From Azolla caroliniana (Eukaryota > Plantae > Polypodiophyta), in assembly GCA_043228905.1 (NCBI GenBank), contig JBHGNT010000007.1:16616001-16680000 (forward strand): DNA of 64,000 nt, in the 5' to 3' direction. The notes below the pieces were generated by a model. That model ran no database searches. It was not told where the DNA came from and saw only the letters and a list, made by a program, of their open reading frames with translations. This document shows positions 32,734 to 45,539 of this stretch, one piece after another; within the stretch, counting starts at the first letter, position 1, and each line of letters begins with the position of its first letter. The position numbers were made by a program, and so were the translations under genes.

Positions 32734-35474
32734 TGTGCCTTTGGTTTATTGTGGTCTTTCTTGGAAGTCCTATGGTACTAAAGTACAATGTTGACGGCTT
32801 CCTCGAAAGTTGTGGGGTCCTTGTCATGGACAATTAAATGGTAATCCCCATTGGGAATACCATTCAAAAAGCAAGCAACAAACCATTTCTCACCCGTAAG
32901 TCCCGATTTTTGGATCTGGGTCTGAGCATGATGCACATAATCCTTGAGAGAGGTAAATGGCTTACTCGACAACGTGAGCAAGTGTTGCGCTTGTTCAGTT
33001 TGAGAAGGTGGCTACAAAAACTGTTTCTTAAAAACCTCAATGAAACCTTCCCAAGTTGTGGGTAAGTTCTTTGCAATCCTTAGGCCGTGCCACCAAGCAG
33101 CAGCTCGGCCACCTAGCTCGTGACCGACATAACCAATTTTTATAGCATCGGGCTTGGGGTGGAGCTCAAAGTGGGACTCCCAACGACCAAGCCAAGTGCT
33201 AATGGCCTCCTCGGTTCTTTCTTCTTATCTCCCTTGAATGGCGTTACTACGAAAGAAGGTTCACCTTCTTTCTTGGACTCAATAGTCAATTCTTGGAATT
33301 TCTTTTCCAATGCCATATTGGCTTGCCTCATTTCGGCCAATTGATTCAAGGTAGTAGTGAGCAATTGCTCAATAGTGATCTCAGCTTGTGTGTGAGATGT
33401 GGATTGGATTTGAGAGGTCTTAGTCAGAGAGATTGCTCCAACAACGTTCAAAACTTGTTCCATGGTGCAAGCTATGGGTAATACAATATAAATAAAGAGG
33501 TTTAGAAAATACACAAGCAAAATGAATGCTTGAAATTTTGATTGTAAGAACTTTACCAAGAAAGCATGTCACGTCTTTACCCCTCTAGACATATGAGGTG
33601 TGCTTTGAGATCCGATAACTATGGTAACACTATGGTGTTTTAAAAACCATGGGGGAAAACATAGCTAATATTTCTTTCTCGGATCTCTATCTTAAATAAT
33701 CATGGTGGCTCCCCGAGGCTCAACCATGGTTCTAACATCAATGTAGTTTCCTAGTTAGCCTTATATTAGAATGCCAAGCCAACATGTATTGATATGGTTG
33801 AGAAAGTGTATTACGTGAAAAAACAAGTGCACTCGCAAGTAATATTCTAGTCTTGTGAGTGGCAAGAAAATGTTATGAAAAAAAGAGAAAAAGAAGTCAC
33901 TGTCTATAAGAGTCAAGAAGTGACGAAAACAAGGTTAAAAAACCATGCGTTGTCTACTAAACAAAAATACCACCAATAAATGGATTTGTGATGTATGCAC
34001 CTGTCCATCCCAATATTGTGGTTGTAATTTGCACAATTAATACAAGTGGTGGTGGTGTTGTGAGCAAAGATGCAGTACTCAAATCTATAAGTAAAACATC
34101 AATAGGGGAACTCATGTGGTTTTACTCGGGTTCTAAGGCTTGATAATATGAGTTAAACCTAGATGAGCCATTGGAAAAAAATCATTCAAAAAATGACATG
34201 ATGCCCACTCAATACAAAAGAAATAGTCTACAAGGAAGCGTTACATCATAGGTAAACACACATAAATACTTTAAACATGAAAAGGAGGGGGGAAATGAGA
34301 GTTAATTGTGGGTGGGTAAATGACAATTACTAGAAAATCATACCAAAGTAAAATGAAAATTTGTGTAATTAGAATAATAATCATTTAGGTATATGAACAT
34401 TAAGCATACCCTAAGGTATGAAACCCTAAGGTAGTCAACATGCGCATCCTCAAGACCACCACATCCCATAGAATCGGCTAAGTGATAGCTCAATAGAGAG
34501 TAGAGTGGCATAGGTAGGCGACATACACCTCGTTTAAGACCACAACATCCCATAGAATCGGCCAAGTGATGGCTCAATAAAGGGAAGGGTGCCATACTCA
34601 ACATCATATGCAAAAGGGTCATGAGGTGAGCGTGTGCGATTAGGGCAAACACGCTCGACTCGATGCACAAGAATAATTATTATTGTAAGAGATGGCTCAA
34701 GAGAAGGGAGAGTTGAGATACATTGCAATATGCAAAAGGGCCATGAGTTGAGCGTGTGCAATTAGTGCAAACACGCTCGACCCGATGCATAAGTAGATTA
34801 ACATCGTATCATGGTAGAAAGAAGAAAGAAAAGAAAAGAAAACGTAATACCACTTCCATATGACCAAGAAGAAAGCATCATAGAAAAGAAAAGAGAGATC
34901 GAGAAAGAAGAATAGCAAGTTAAGAATGTTGTTTTGATCCTGTGAAGAGCAAGATGAGCCTTGTTAGATCCCCATCGCTCACATGCAAAAAACATCAAAA
35001 CAACAACAAAAAAATATATTAGTAAATGCTCTGATACCATTGTCAAGAGTCTATTACTAATCAATAGACCAAACTAAAGTAAAAGAAGGAAAATAGAATG
35101 GATAGAAGAACCCGTTCCACCCGACCACCCCCAAGCTACGATCTAGACATAGCCAACCTACCATGGATGTCCCATACTGTTGGATATTAGGATGACTAAT
35201 ACCTTGGAAGAGATAAACACGATTGTCGAGACGGAAGCCTAGCCCGCACCACCGGTGTCTAAGACAGCAGCCTTCCGACGTAATGTGCTTATGAGGGTAG
35301 CTAAGCCTCATATTTATACCTTTTCCTAGGCCCCTTGAATAGATGTGCCTTTCTAAAAGGGTCTCCATTCATTGGTTGCCCAAATCATGATAGTGCATGC
35401 ACCTATCATTCCTTCTATCCAATCACATTAGCCCCTTCACTAATGTAAATATTAGTTACCTACCCTCACCAACA
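32734..35474 (-). mobile_element. Truncated chromovirus T2 (relative of T1): gag fragment, long leader, iMet PBS (35028-35039), 5' LTR about 35041-35474
   Basis: gag homologous to T1 (EPSFVV.PF.GDKK, IVHDKDP.TFEEAV); gctctgatacca; LTR shares motifs with the T1 LTR (cacccgaccacccc, gagggtagcta.gcctc). Confidence 0.8.
34450..34790. repeat. Local tandem duplications in T2 leader
   Basis: aagaccac..catcccatagaatcggc.aagtgat.gctcaata x2; atatgcaaaaggg.catgag.tgagcgtgtgc.attag.gcaaacacgctcgac x2. Confidence 0.7.
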
Positions 35475-35499
35475 TTATGTGTACATAAGATATACCCAA

Positions 35500-36098
35500 C
35501 TATTTTCGAGTATGATCCACCACTTTGTATCATCCGTCATTGTGCATACAATAGGCCTTTCTCTGAAGCAAGTAACACCATGTTTGCCAACTCGGTGTGT
35601 CCCATATACATTCACCAATGCATGCGAAAAAATTCATCTGACATTCCATAATGCATGCAAAAAAATTCACCAATGGCCTTCCCGAGGGATGCAGATGTTT
35701 CCATACTCTCCTCTTTAATCCCACGGATGACAATATTCTTTGATCGTCGTTCACGTTCTTTCAATTCTCAGACATCGATGCTTTCTATATTCTTCTCTTG
35801 ATGCATCACATGCATATTAGATGAGTTTAATACCACATCCCCACCACATACATCGTCCCATGACTTCGTTGTACATAGTACATTTTTCATCTCACTTACA
35901 TCCCGCCTCATCGTATCCAATTTTTCTTCCTTTAATGCTTCCTTTAACTCAATCTTATTAACGCACTCATTTGTTTCGAAAGAATCTTTCTTACATTCAT
36001 GAATCTTATCTTCAAGCTTTGTAACCACTTTCTTAAGCCTTTCATTCTCAATTACACCAATTTGGAGCTTAGCATTCTCTTTGATTAATGTCCTAATC
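35500..36098 (-). pseudogene. Probable LINE ORF1-like fragment (coiled coil followed by ERERRSKNIVIRGIKE)
   Basis: ORF 35768-36190 and the in-frame continuation past a CGA>TGA-type stop carry an ORF1-type motif. Confidence 0.5.
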
Positions 36099-36462
36099 TG
36101 TGAGATAGAGATAGATAGAAACTGAGTGAGCAGACAACAACAAACACTATTACCAAAAGACTCAGTACATACAATGTGCTCACAGAGCACTTTTTATACA
36201 AACCCTGACGAGTGGGCTGACACAAGCACTATGAATACTTTAATGCTCATAAATGAGCCTGACACTAACTCTGCCTATAATATTCCTATTTGCTAAAATA
36301 GGAATATAGGCCCCTAACGACCTATCAGATTCCATCCGACTCAGTCATCCAATTCAGCTTTCGGCTTATTTAGCCGATCCAGGCCTAGCCGATCGATCTC
36401 CATTCGATCCTGCTCTCGATTTCTTCAGCCAATTGGCCCAAGTTTAGCTTTCTCACTCAACA
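36099..36462 (-). repeat. Possible LTR remnant
   Basis: TG...CA ends at the junctions of two unrelated coding fragments; TATA-like motif on minus; no TSD. Confidence 0.35.
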
Positions 36463-37320
36463 CTTCACCTACGGAGGAGGAGCAATATCATGGAGGTCAA
36501 AACTCCAAGAATGTACAACACTCTCCATAATAGAGACCGAGTACATCATGGCGTTGGAGGCAACAAAAGATGCAATTTGGCTACAACAACTATTGGCAGA
36601 TCTTTCGGCCAAGAGCCGAATCGAGCATCCTACTCCGACTTTGTGTTGTGACTCACAGAGCATAATTCACCTAGTATATCATGCGAAGATGAAACACATT
36701 GAGGTGAGGTACTACCACATTCGGGATCTTGTCATCGACAAAAGGCTTGAAATCTGACAAGTGGATACGAAGGTGAACATCGCCGATAATCTGACAAAGC
36801 CACTCCCAATTCAACACTTCGGAGCACTAAGGAGAACATATGGGATTACAATAGGAGAAAGAGAACAGGAAAGCTGAATTGGACGAAGCAGAAGAAGAAC
36901 TTGAGTCTAGCATCAGGCCTGAGAAAGCCGATTAGCAGAAGAGCCGAAAGAGTTGAAGGACTAGAGAAGCTGACCGAACCATCTTAACTACTTTTGATTC
37001 TAGGACTAGTTATTAATCTATATATTCTAATTGTAATCTTAAATTCAAATTGTATTTAAGTTCACGAGGGAGATTGCCCCCACACTTGTAACAATTAGAG
37101 TAGCCCTTTTACAAGGGAGTTTGTTGGGCTAAAAGTCCTACTCCACCCAATTGTATTCCTAATGTGAACACTCTCATAGTTAGGGCTTAGTTAACCTAAC
37201 TATATAAGAGAGAAGTCTATCTTGTAACAATAGTTTGAAGGGATTAATATAGCAAAAATCTTCTTGAGCCATAACCGTGTAATTGTCTCTCTCTTTCTCT
37301 GTGTATACTCTCTTCGACAA
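36463..37320 (+). mobile_element. Old Ty1/copia 3' fragment (RNase H, PPT, probable LTR)
   Basis: GGAISWRSKLQEC, EATKDAIWL, KHIEVRYYHIRD and NIADNLTKPL motifs; purine tracts then tgttggg and a TATA box at 37201. Confidence 0.75.
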
Positions 37321-38575
37321 TACACTATTTCACATCTCCATCATGTGCTTGCTTGCTAACTCCAAAGACAGATCCACACATGCTTCCACATTAGTCAGCC
37401 CATCATCACATCATAGCCGACCCAGACACACACAGACTCACAGTGTCAACAAGCATGTGAAAATTGGAAGCTTCTAAGCAGATTTAGTGTCACATTAAAA
37501 CACAATTGGGTAATGGTTTCCCTAAATGGAACCAAAACTATCAAGAAACTCTAAAACTCTAAAAATGTGTTCTCATTTCTTCACATAAAAAAAAAAATCC
37601 AATCTTTGGTGCCGTATACATTTTCGGTGATAAATAAGGGCTCATGCACAAACCACATCATTACTTTGATGTAAGTTTACCAATTATAATTCTTTTAACA
37701 CATGAGAAATTTTATTTAAAATTTTGAGCTTGTAGGGAGTTTATGTGACCTACCCTCCAACAAGTTACTTTATGCTCGGGTTTGATGATTGACTTGCGAA
37801 TAAATGCCCTTGGTTAAGGTTCATTCTGCATAAACGAGTAAGTCACAATGAGAGTTTGAATGGTAAGAAAGTTATGGGTCCAAGAAACAAAACTTTCAAT
37901 GACACATAAGTGCCAAATGGGTAGGTAGAAGTGTTGGGTCTAAGGTGGATGCAAAAGTTTTTAAGGTCTAATTGCTAAGACAATAACAAATGTATGGAAG
38001 TATACGCACATTGATTCCCTATGTCTAAAAGAGGGTTTGGTTGATTATTAGGCAAGTTATCTTCTACAAAAGCTACTTTTTTAAGTTCAATTTCAATAAG
38101 CTATTGCGCAAAGCACAAGGGTCAATGACGAGGGTCATGTTTTAAGTGCATAACACACGTAAATCAAGGAAGGGATGCATAATAATAAGAATAATAATAG
38201 TAACAATAAGATCGGAAATGTGATGAGAAGTGTGCACCTCGATGAACTTGCCATGATGAGTGATGTCCTAACTAACTTCACTACGACGTGCTTATTAAAA
38301 AACCGGGAATTAATTCATGGGTCTTATCACTCGCTACGTAGCGTGCAAAGGAAGCGAAGCGAATCGACATATCAAAAGCTTGTAGTTCTCAAGAGGGGAA
38401 ATATATGCATATATTTGTAGTTCCTCTAGTTTTAGTAAACTACCAAAATGGCCCTCCTGAAATAGAGACAAAAAACAAGGGTCACAAAAGAAGCCCTTTA
38501 GTTTCATTAAATTACAGAAATGACCCTCTAAAACATGACACACACAAATGAAGAAGATGAAGAGAGTATCTGCTG

Positions 38576-39271
38576 ATGATGACGAGCAGGAGGAAATGGA
38601 GATGGCGAGCTCTGAAACAGAGCTTCGGATCTGCTACTGCTGTTGCTCTCTTCCTCCTCTGCATCATCCTCATCCTTTCCACCCTCACACCATCGCCAAG
38701 ATCTGCACGCCCCCATCTCAGAGGTATCCACATTGCACAGGATAGGGCAGAAGAGAAGAAGAGGACGGATCAAGAGAATCTTGGTCTCTTTGGAGAACAC
38801 ATGTTAAGCTTCCTTCCGCTAGATCTTCCTTTCACAGTCTTCATCCCTACACCATCGTCGTTCCAAAGCCTGATGGACGCCATTGGAGATAGCAAACCAT
38901 TGAATACAACCTCGGACCCCGAAGTGCAGGGAAACAAATCTTATTCACTTCAAGAGGGGAACAGGAATCATGCTCTCATTTCAAGAATCTTCGGGTTCAG
39001 TTCAGCCCCTGTTCGCATAGAATCCTCTATGATTCCACCTGATGGCATCATCGTGGAAATAGAATCTTTGTCGGGATTCCGACTAAATTTGGTTCGTATC
39101 CCGCCAGAGGGTACCATACGTGTAAATAACCTTGTTTGTACTACAATGGACATCTCTAGGGGCTCCATTGTCATACATCTTGTGGAGGGTGTTCTCATGG
39201 AGGGTGAATTCGAGCGATCAGTTATGCCTTTTAAAGATGATGACGATGGTGTTGATGACAATGGGAACTAG
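38576..39271 (+). CDS. Single-exon FAS1 (fasciclin) domain protein with N-terminal signal anchor
   Basis: Basic N-terminus plus hydrophobic stretch; H1-like motif PFTVFIPT; H2-like motif IVIHLVEGVL; intact 231 aa. Confidence 0.85.
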   Translation: MMTSRRKWRWRALKQSFGSATAVALFLLCIILILSTLTPSPRSARPHLRGIHIAQDRAEEKKRTDQENLGLFGEHMLSFLPLDLPFTVFIPTPSSFQSLMDAIGDSKPLNTTSDPEVQGNKSYSLQEGNRNHALISRIFGFSSAPVRIESSMIPPDGIIVEIESLSGFRLNLVRIPPEGTIRVNNLVCTTMDISRGSIVIHLVEGVLMEGEFERSVMPFKDDDDGVDDNGN

Positions 39272-40323
39272 ATGTGAATATGTCCAAGAATTCATTAATG
39301 CCCTTCAGAGGTTGTGTGTACACACGGGTGATATATCCATGAATCTATTTGTTCATCCTGCAATTCACCAGAGAAGTCCCAACAATGCTTATACTGGAAA
39401 TGAAACAATTATATTAAGTGAGAGATTCAAGTATCTGTATATGTATACTAGATGTAGTCATGTTTATGAAAGAGCCCTTACATTACATTACATTAAGAAG
39501 GCTTGCAGTTTAATTGATTTTGGCAATGCAGATCTCCCACAATGCTTTTTACAAAAAAATTCATATTATACTATGCTATATCCATCTTGTAGCTGACATA
39601 TATTTGAGGGGAATTTGTTTAACAACGGAGTTTGTCAGATTCTTGACGCTCCAAAAATGAGGTCTTTCAATGTCTTGCAAAAGGGTCACAAACTTGTAGC
39701 ACATTTACTGGAGTTGTTTGTTAAATTTCTGAAAGATGACTCTGTTCCATCATTCTTCACATGAATTCATGTATGTATTCAGTTGCTAATGATGGTGTGT
39801 TATCGATCCGATGTCAAAACTTCTATTTGGGATGGAATGTCAACTCTCGTTCCATCTCTATAGTAACATCATTCATGTTTGCCTTAAAACGCAACAAATG
39901 TACATGGACTGCTGTTAAAACCTTTTGTTCATGATTTTCAATGATGTGATCCATTCATATGATAATCTCAATTCAAGATCTAGCATATTTGGGACTTATC
40001 GAAGCTTGTACGAAATACATAAACCAGCACGAAGTATATTATGTGCTATTCAGTTAGTCTTATTTACTTTTATAGTAACACCACATGGTAAATGATGCCG
40101 ATAGTGAAGGACTTTTGGCGGATGATATGGATGTATTTCGGACACATAAATGCATTAAATGACCCTAGGTCATGGGTCAGGCTAATCTATATTAGTACCA
40201 ATCACTTGACTGACAAACTACTCCTTTCATGGGGCATGGCAGTTAGTAACATTATAAACACAAGAATTCGCAATGGTGAGGCTCCATCCATGCCTAAAGG
40301 CTAACCCTGTAATGGGCTACAAG

Positions 40324-41586
40324 TCAAGATGGACTAAAGCAAAGAGCAAGATTGCAGTTCACAGCATTGGGGAGATCGAGCCATTCCCATTTCTCGTGCA
40401 TCACATGGAATTGCATTGCACGTGGCGAGCCAACCGCCATGACCACCACGAGATCGCCATGCCCACAATAGCAGACAGACACTACGGGCGTGCTCCTCCG
40501 CCATTCCCACGCATTGTCCACCAGACCTTTGTTCATCTCATAGGGACAATGGGCAACCTCTCTCCAACAATCTAGCTTCTTGGGCTCAAGCTCCCATACA
40601 ACACCCACTGTCACTCTCTCATTGTAGGGGCTGGTGTCACTACCACCAGTGATGGTGTCTGGTGATGACGGACACTTTGTTGTTGCGCCCACGAGCAAGA
40701 CACGGCCATTCCAGCCTTGGAGGAGTCTTGGTGGCGCTTCGAGTGACCGATGCCTATCAGCCATCGTGCAAAATACTAGGTCTTCGGGGAGTTTGGCTGG
40801 AATGAGGCTCCATCTTCCCCTCCTCACATCAAAGGTAATGATGTTGCGTGATTCCGGATTGATGGAGTAGATGAGCTCGCACATACACTCGGCAGTGCTG
40901 GAGAATGACAACAAATGCCCACCTGTAGATGTCTCAGGGACAGGCATCAAGTGCCATTGCCCGGCCTCGGAATCGAAGATGTTTAGGTATAGAGACGTGG
41001 CTCCGGGTCCGGGTCCAGGAATATGCAGCTGGACGAGGACAAGGACCCAAAAGTGGGGGCGGGTACATGGGGAATAATCCGGCGGGGTGACTATGGCCCA
41101 TAGCTTCGAGAGGGGGTAATTGCCCGGGGGGTCGGGGATGGGCACCCATTCTTTGGAGAAAGGTGAACCGACCATGAATTGGTGGGGGGGACGAATATAG
41201 GCCATGTCGGAACCAGTATGGATGCAGATGAGGCGGGAGAGGGGGTGACCCACCCACTCCCGGACCGAAGGAGTCGGCAATGCCATCTCTACCCATCTGC
41301 ACCCCAAGGTGTTGGTGTAGGAAACCTTGATGTTGTAGTTATAGAGTAGGAGCGTGGGTGGGGTGCACCCCGTGCGAACTTGGTCTTGTAGTTTGCGGAA
41401 CCATGGGGTGACCACACATGACCGCCATGCTCGGCATACCAGTTGTACTCGAGTTGCGTCGACAAAGGAGAGACGGGTGAGAATTAGATCAACCACCTCG
41501 GATGGTAGTAGGGTCCAGAGATCTCGAGAACATGGCATTCTTGATTCATTAACTACATGAGGCATGTTTGAATGCATAATTTCCAT
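40324..41586 (-). CDS. Intronless F-box protein with kelch/FBA-like C-terminal region
   Basis: LWTLLPSEVVDLILTRLSF...VCRAWR F-box motif; IFDSEAGQW and FDVRRGRW beta-propeller-like repeats; first in-frame ATG at 41586 (alternative start 41538). Confidence 0.88.
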   Translation of the reverse strand: MEIMHSNMPHVVNESRMPCSRDLWTLLPSEVVDLILTRLSFVDATRVQLVCRAWRSCVVTPWFRKLQDQVRTGCTPPTLLLYNYNIKVSYTNTLGCRWVEMALPTPSVREWVGHPLSRLICIHTGSDMAYIRPPHQFMVGSPFSKEWVPIPDPPGNYPLSKLWAIVTPPDYSPCTRPHFWVLVLVQLHIPGPGPGATSLYLNIFDSEAGQWHLMPVPETSTGGHLLSFSSTAECMCELIYSINPESRNIITFDVRRGRWSLIPAKLPEDLVFCTMADRHRSLEAPPRLLQGWNGRVLLVGATTKCPSSPDTITGGSDTSPYNERVTVGVVWELEPKKLDCWREVAHCPYEMNKGLVDNAWEWRRSTPVVSVCYCGHGDLVVVMAVGSPRAMQFHVMHEKWEWLDLPNAVNCNLALCFSPS

Positions 41587-43559
41587 ATAGTGCACAGACA
41601 CCCAATGAGTTAAGTTAATTGTAAGTCAAATTTGACATGAGGTCAAAAAAGAGTTTGAACATCGCATTGATACATGAGCCTATGTTGCATAAGCTCAATT
41701 TAAACATAGATATCCAAGGAATTAGGTTAAGTATTTCGGTTGTAAATGGGGTGAGGAAGCGGAGTTATCTTAAGGAGATAGAAAAAGAAGAGGTGAAGAA
41801 CTTGTTGCACATGAGGGAAGACTTCTCCACATGGAACACAACACACTATCATTCTTAGATAGAAATAAGCGTTTTATTACTACAACCTCTTCTAAGACCA
41901 AGTTTGTTGTTTTGAATAAGATGAAAGCTTTTTTAAAATAATGATTGCATGATATTTAATTTTATAACTGCTTTTAAAAAGTTAAGTCATCATAACATAT
42001 ACAAACAATATTGACTTGTGCTTCATCTTTTCTTCTCGTATGACTTTTCGTATACAAATTGAACTTGTACACATTTCAAATATTTTAAAGCTTCTTTCCT
42101 AATTCTAGTTTTGTCGACTTACACACAAAGAAATGTGACACTCGCTATTTGAAACCTCATCATCCATTCATGACATGTGCATGTGTTATAAAACAACCAA
42201 ATCATAGACTATGCTTGTGTTCCTATGTCATTGCATATGCCATCATATACCTCCATAATATCTTATCACCTTTGCTTTTGGGACGTGGAGCCTTACTATT
42301 GAGATGAAATCCTATCTAGTCATCCAAAGAAATGTCGTATTCTTTCTTTTTTTTCTTTTTCTTTTTCCAAAAAAAATCCTCTTTCTTTAACTTCATTATC
42401 TAGTCATGATATAGCAATGTTACTTTCGGTCACTAAATAAAGACATATGGTGCACACATGAACACTAAACATGGAGTGCAATGATCTAAATGTAGTTTAA
42501 AGGGATTTCTCTCTCGATCCTTAGTATCCAAGAGTAACCATAGCAACTCATACACCAAGCCAACCACATTGTTGGCACTAGATAAAGTCAGAGGATGCAC
42601 ACACGAATACTAAACTTGGAGTACATAGTGAGGAAACGAAGATTATTATACCATTAACAAAGTGTTGAAGCACGATTACAACAAGGAATTTGAAACACCT
42701 TAACCTCATGTTCTCCTAAGTGACCAAATATAAAAGCACTAATACTAGAATGTATTCTAAGTTTCATTTATATATAATGAATTGTTAAACTTAAAAAACT
42801 AACCCATCTAGCATATTCAATGCACCCTACTTTTTGTTCACATGTGAAGCTCTTGTTCACACCTAGCACTCAAGCACTTATGCAAATGATGTCATCCAAT
42901 TCAGTTTAGATTTTGCATGTGATCCACTTGCACACTCCTAGAACATTTGGTTGCCTAAACTTTTGCATCATCTAGCTCCATTTGCTTGGTCTTTTTTACA
43001 ATAGTTGGAATTCTCCTGCCTAAATGATTCACAATAGCTTCTTAATGTCCTTTACAAAGATATCTATACAATTGTCTTTTGAAGTTCATTAATCCAACTT
43101 CATCTTCCCATTTGAATTGAACTATCATATGAAGTGGTATTGAATCTTGACATGTTTGGCTTTTACAATAACAATATGATGTTATCTACATTAGCTCCTC
43201 CATTACCATCTTGATTTTTTTGAGAAGCTTTCTTAGCCACAAAACTTTCAATCTTGTACTCCACTTTTGTCAAAGGCAACTAGATATTGCTCAATTATTT
43301 GTTCTCTTTATAAGGAAATATTTTAGCTTCTGTTGTAAACATGGGTTACGATGGAGTCCTTGAGAGCATAGATCCTACCACTAGGATAAAGTATTTTATA
43401 TTTAAAATAAGTGTATTTCTTGTAATGTAGTCAAATAACCGTTATATGTAAGCAAAGTGTGACAACCAAGTGGCATCATGCTTGTAAGCTATTAGTGCAT
43501 CTGAGACGAACAATCCTTTTAATCCTCCATCATCACTTGTGGATTGAGGCCCAGTGCTA

Positions 43560-43577
43560 CCCCCCCCCCCCCCCCCC
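43560..43577. repeat. C18 homopolymer
   Basis: Direct read. Confidence 0.9.
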
Positions 43578-43715
43578 AAACGGAACTGAACTAAAATCCA
43601 AACCATTTATAAAAACTTGAACTTGAACCGAATCGAATAATTTAAACCGTTAAGCAAGAAAGTTGCGGTTTCACGATTCAATTCACTTCAAACCAATCAA
43701 ACCGTTGCCGATTAC
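43578..43715. repeat. AACCG/CGGTT-rich repeat, likely DNA-transposon or MITE subterminal region (related copy at 50535-50690)
   Basis: aaaaacttgaactt.aac.gaa..gaa...tttaaacc...gcggtttc.cg.ttc shared by both copies in the same orientation. Confidence 0.5.
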
Positions 43716-44344
43716 TATTTATGTTATATTACATATTAGGCTAAAAGCATGGGAATAAGAATAATTAGTAGTGTCCTTTTTCCACAAAAACTATACTCCA
43801 TTGGTATTAAAATTAACAATGCCAAAGGCAATATACAATTTGTACATAATAGTTTCTACTCCACAAGTGTCTATAAAAAGACCAAATATAAATGATGGGA
43901 TTTGTCAAGATAAGGCTAATTATGTCTATGAAAACTCTCTCAACCTTTGCCAACAAGACCCATTCTCAACCTATAAACAAATTCCTGTGGTCCAAGAGAA
44001 TACATATGTTTACATATCTTGTTGGTAATCCTAGTCAACATATCTTAGCTGTCCACCCTGGCTAGTAGACTAAAAAATCCTTATATGCCTTTGAGTTTGC
44101 CAATACTGGAGTTTTTCACCATCACCTGACTGTCCACTAGGGTGATGCTATTTGACAAATGTTTTGTACACAACAGTTCAAGACACCAAAATAGTCCATG
44201 ATGCACCTGACGCTTGGGTAAAACGTGATGGGCTGCCATGGATAGCCCCCATGTATCATCTCCCAAATCAAAACGACCATGTCCTTCATCTCCACGAAAA
44301 TTGAAATGTACTTGTAATAATCTCCCTATAAACAAGATGAACTA

Positions 44345-45490
44345 TGTCCTCCACACCTCACACCATCTGCTTCGATCCCTACACCATCTTCACTCTTAAG
44401 AATAGACAAATTGCTTCATTCCATCCACATCAACCATCTCGCCGAATACCACCAATGTCTTGTGCAATTAACAACAAAATAAGTGAAAAATGGTTCCTTA
44501 TCCCCTCATGATCTGCTTCGGTCCCCCCCACCATCATCACTCCTAAAAACAGACACATTGCTTCATTCAATCCACATCCACCATCTCGCCGAATACCACC
44601 AATGTCCTGTACAATTAACAACAAAATAAGTTTAAAATGATTCCTCATCCCCTCATGATCTTCTTCAGCCCCCACACCAACACCACTCATCCTCTCGCCG
44701 TGACAAACATGCTTCAAATCCCATTGCCATCATCCCGCAACCTATGAGAACCATAATATCTTCTTAACTCAACCCATATCCGGAGCATCTCCCTGACCCT
44801 ATTCCATCTCACCGATTACAGCGATCCTATACTAACAGCCAAAAAAGAGTGAAAAACAATTCCTCACCTTCTCATAATAATCTGCTTCAGCCCCCACACC
44901 AACATCACTCATCCTGATCACAAAAACATAAAATTGGCTTCGTCATGTCCCCATCTACCATCTCGCTATCTCCGATTCTCTTAGGATTCCTGCCTATTAC
45001 TGCTAAATTCCACCGAGGTCCTGTGCAAATAACAAAAAATAAGTGAAAAATGTTTTGTCCTCCACTCATGACATGCTACAACCCTCACACCATCACCACT
45101 CATCCTCTTGTGATGACAGATATGCTTCAAACCCCATCACCATCATCCCTCAACCTATCAGAACCATAACATCTTCATAAGTAAGCCCTGATCTGAAGCA
45201 TCTCGTTGACCTTCTTGCCATATCGATGATTACCTCGAAAATCCTGTTACACTAACAGCCAATCAAATGAGTGGAAAAAATCCGCACCTTCTCATAATAA
45301 TCTGTGACAACCCCCACCAACATCAGTCATCCTAATCACAAAAACAGAAAACCAATTTCCTCATGTCCTCATCCACCATCTCGATGTCTTCAATTATCAC
45401 AGGAATTCCACCTCATACCACTAAAATCCTTCTTATACTACTCTGCTTCAGCACCCACAACATCATCCCTCATCCTCATGTCTTCATCCA
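44345..45490. repeat. Degenerate tandem/segmental repeats (about 130-bp and about 420-bp periods)
   Basis: ccatctcgccgaataccaccaatgtc x2; atgcttcaaa.cccat..ccatcatccc.caacctat x2; ctgcttcagcccccacaccaaca recurring. Confidence 0.6.
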
Positions 45491-45539
45491 CCATATGGCT
45501 ATCTTCACTTGTCATCAACAGCTTATACATTAAAATAGC

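Noticed and set aside
39132-39596. 154-aa ORF overlapping the FAS1 gene end
   Set aside because: Alternative frame plus 3' UTR, non-ATG start, no recognisable domain.
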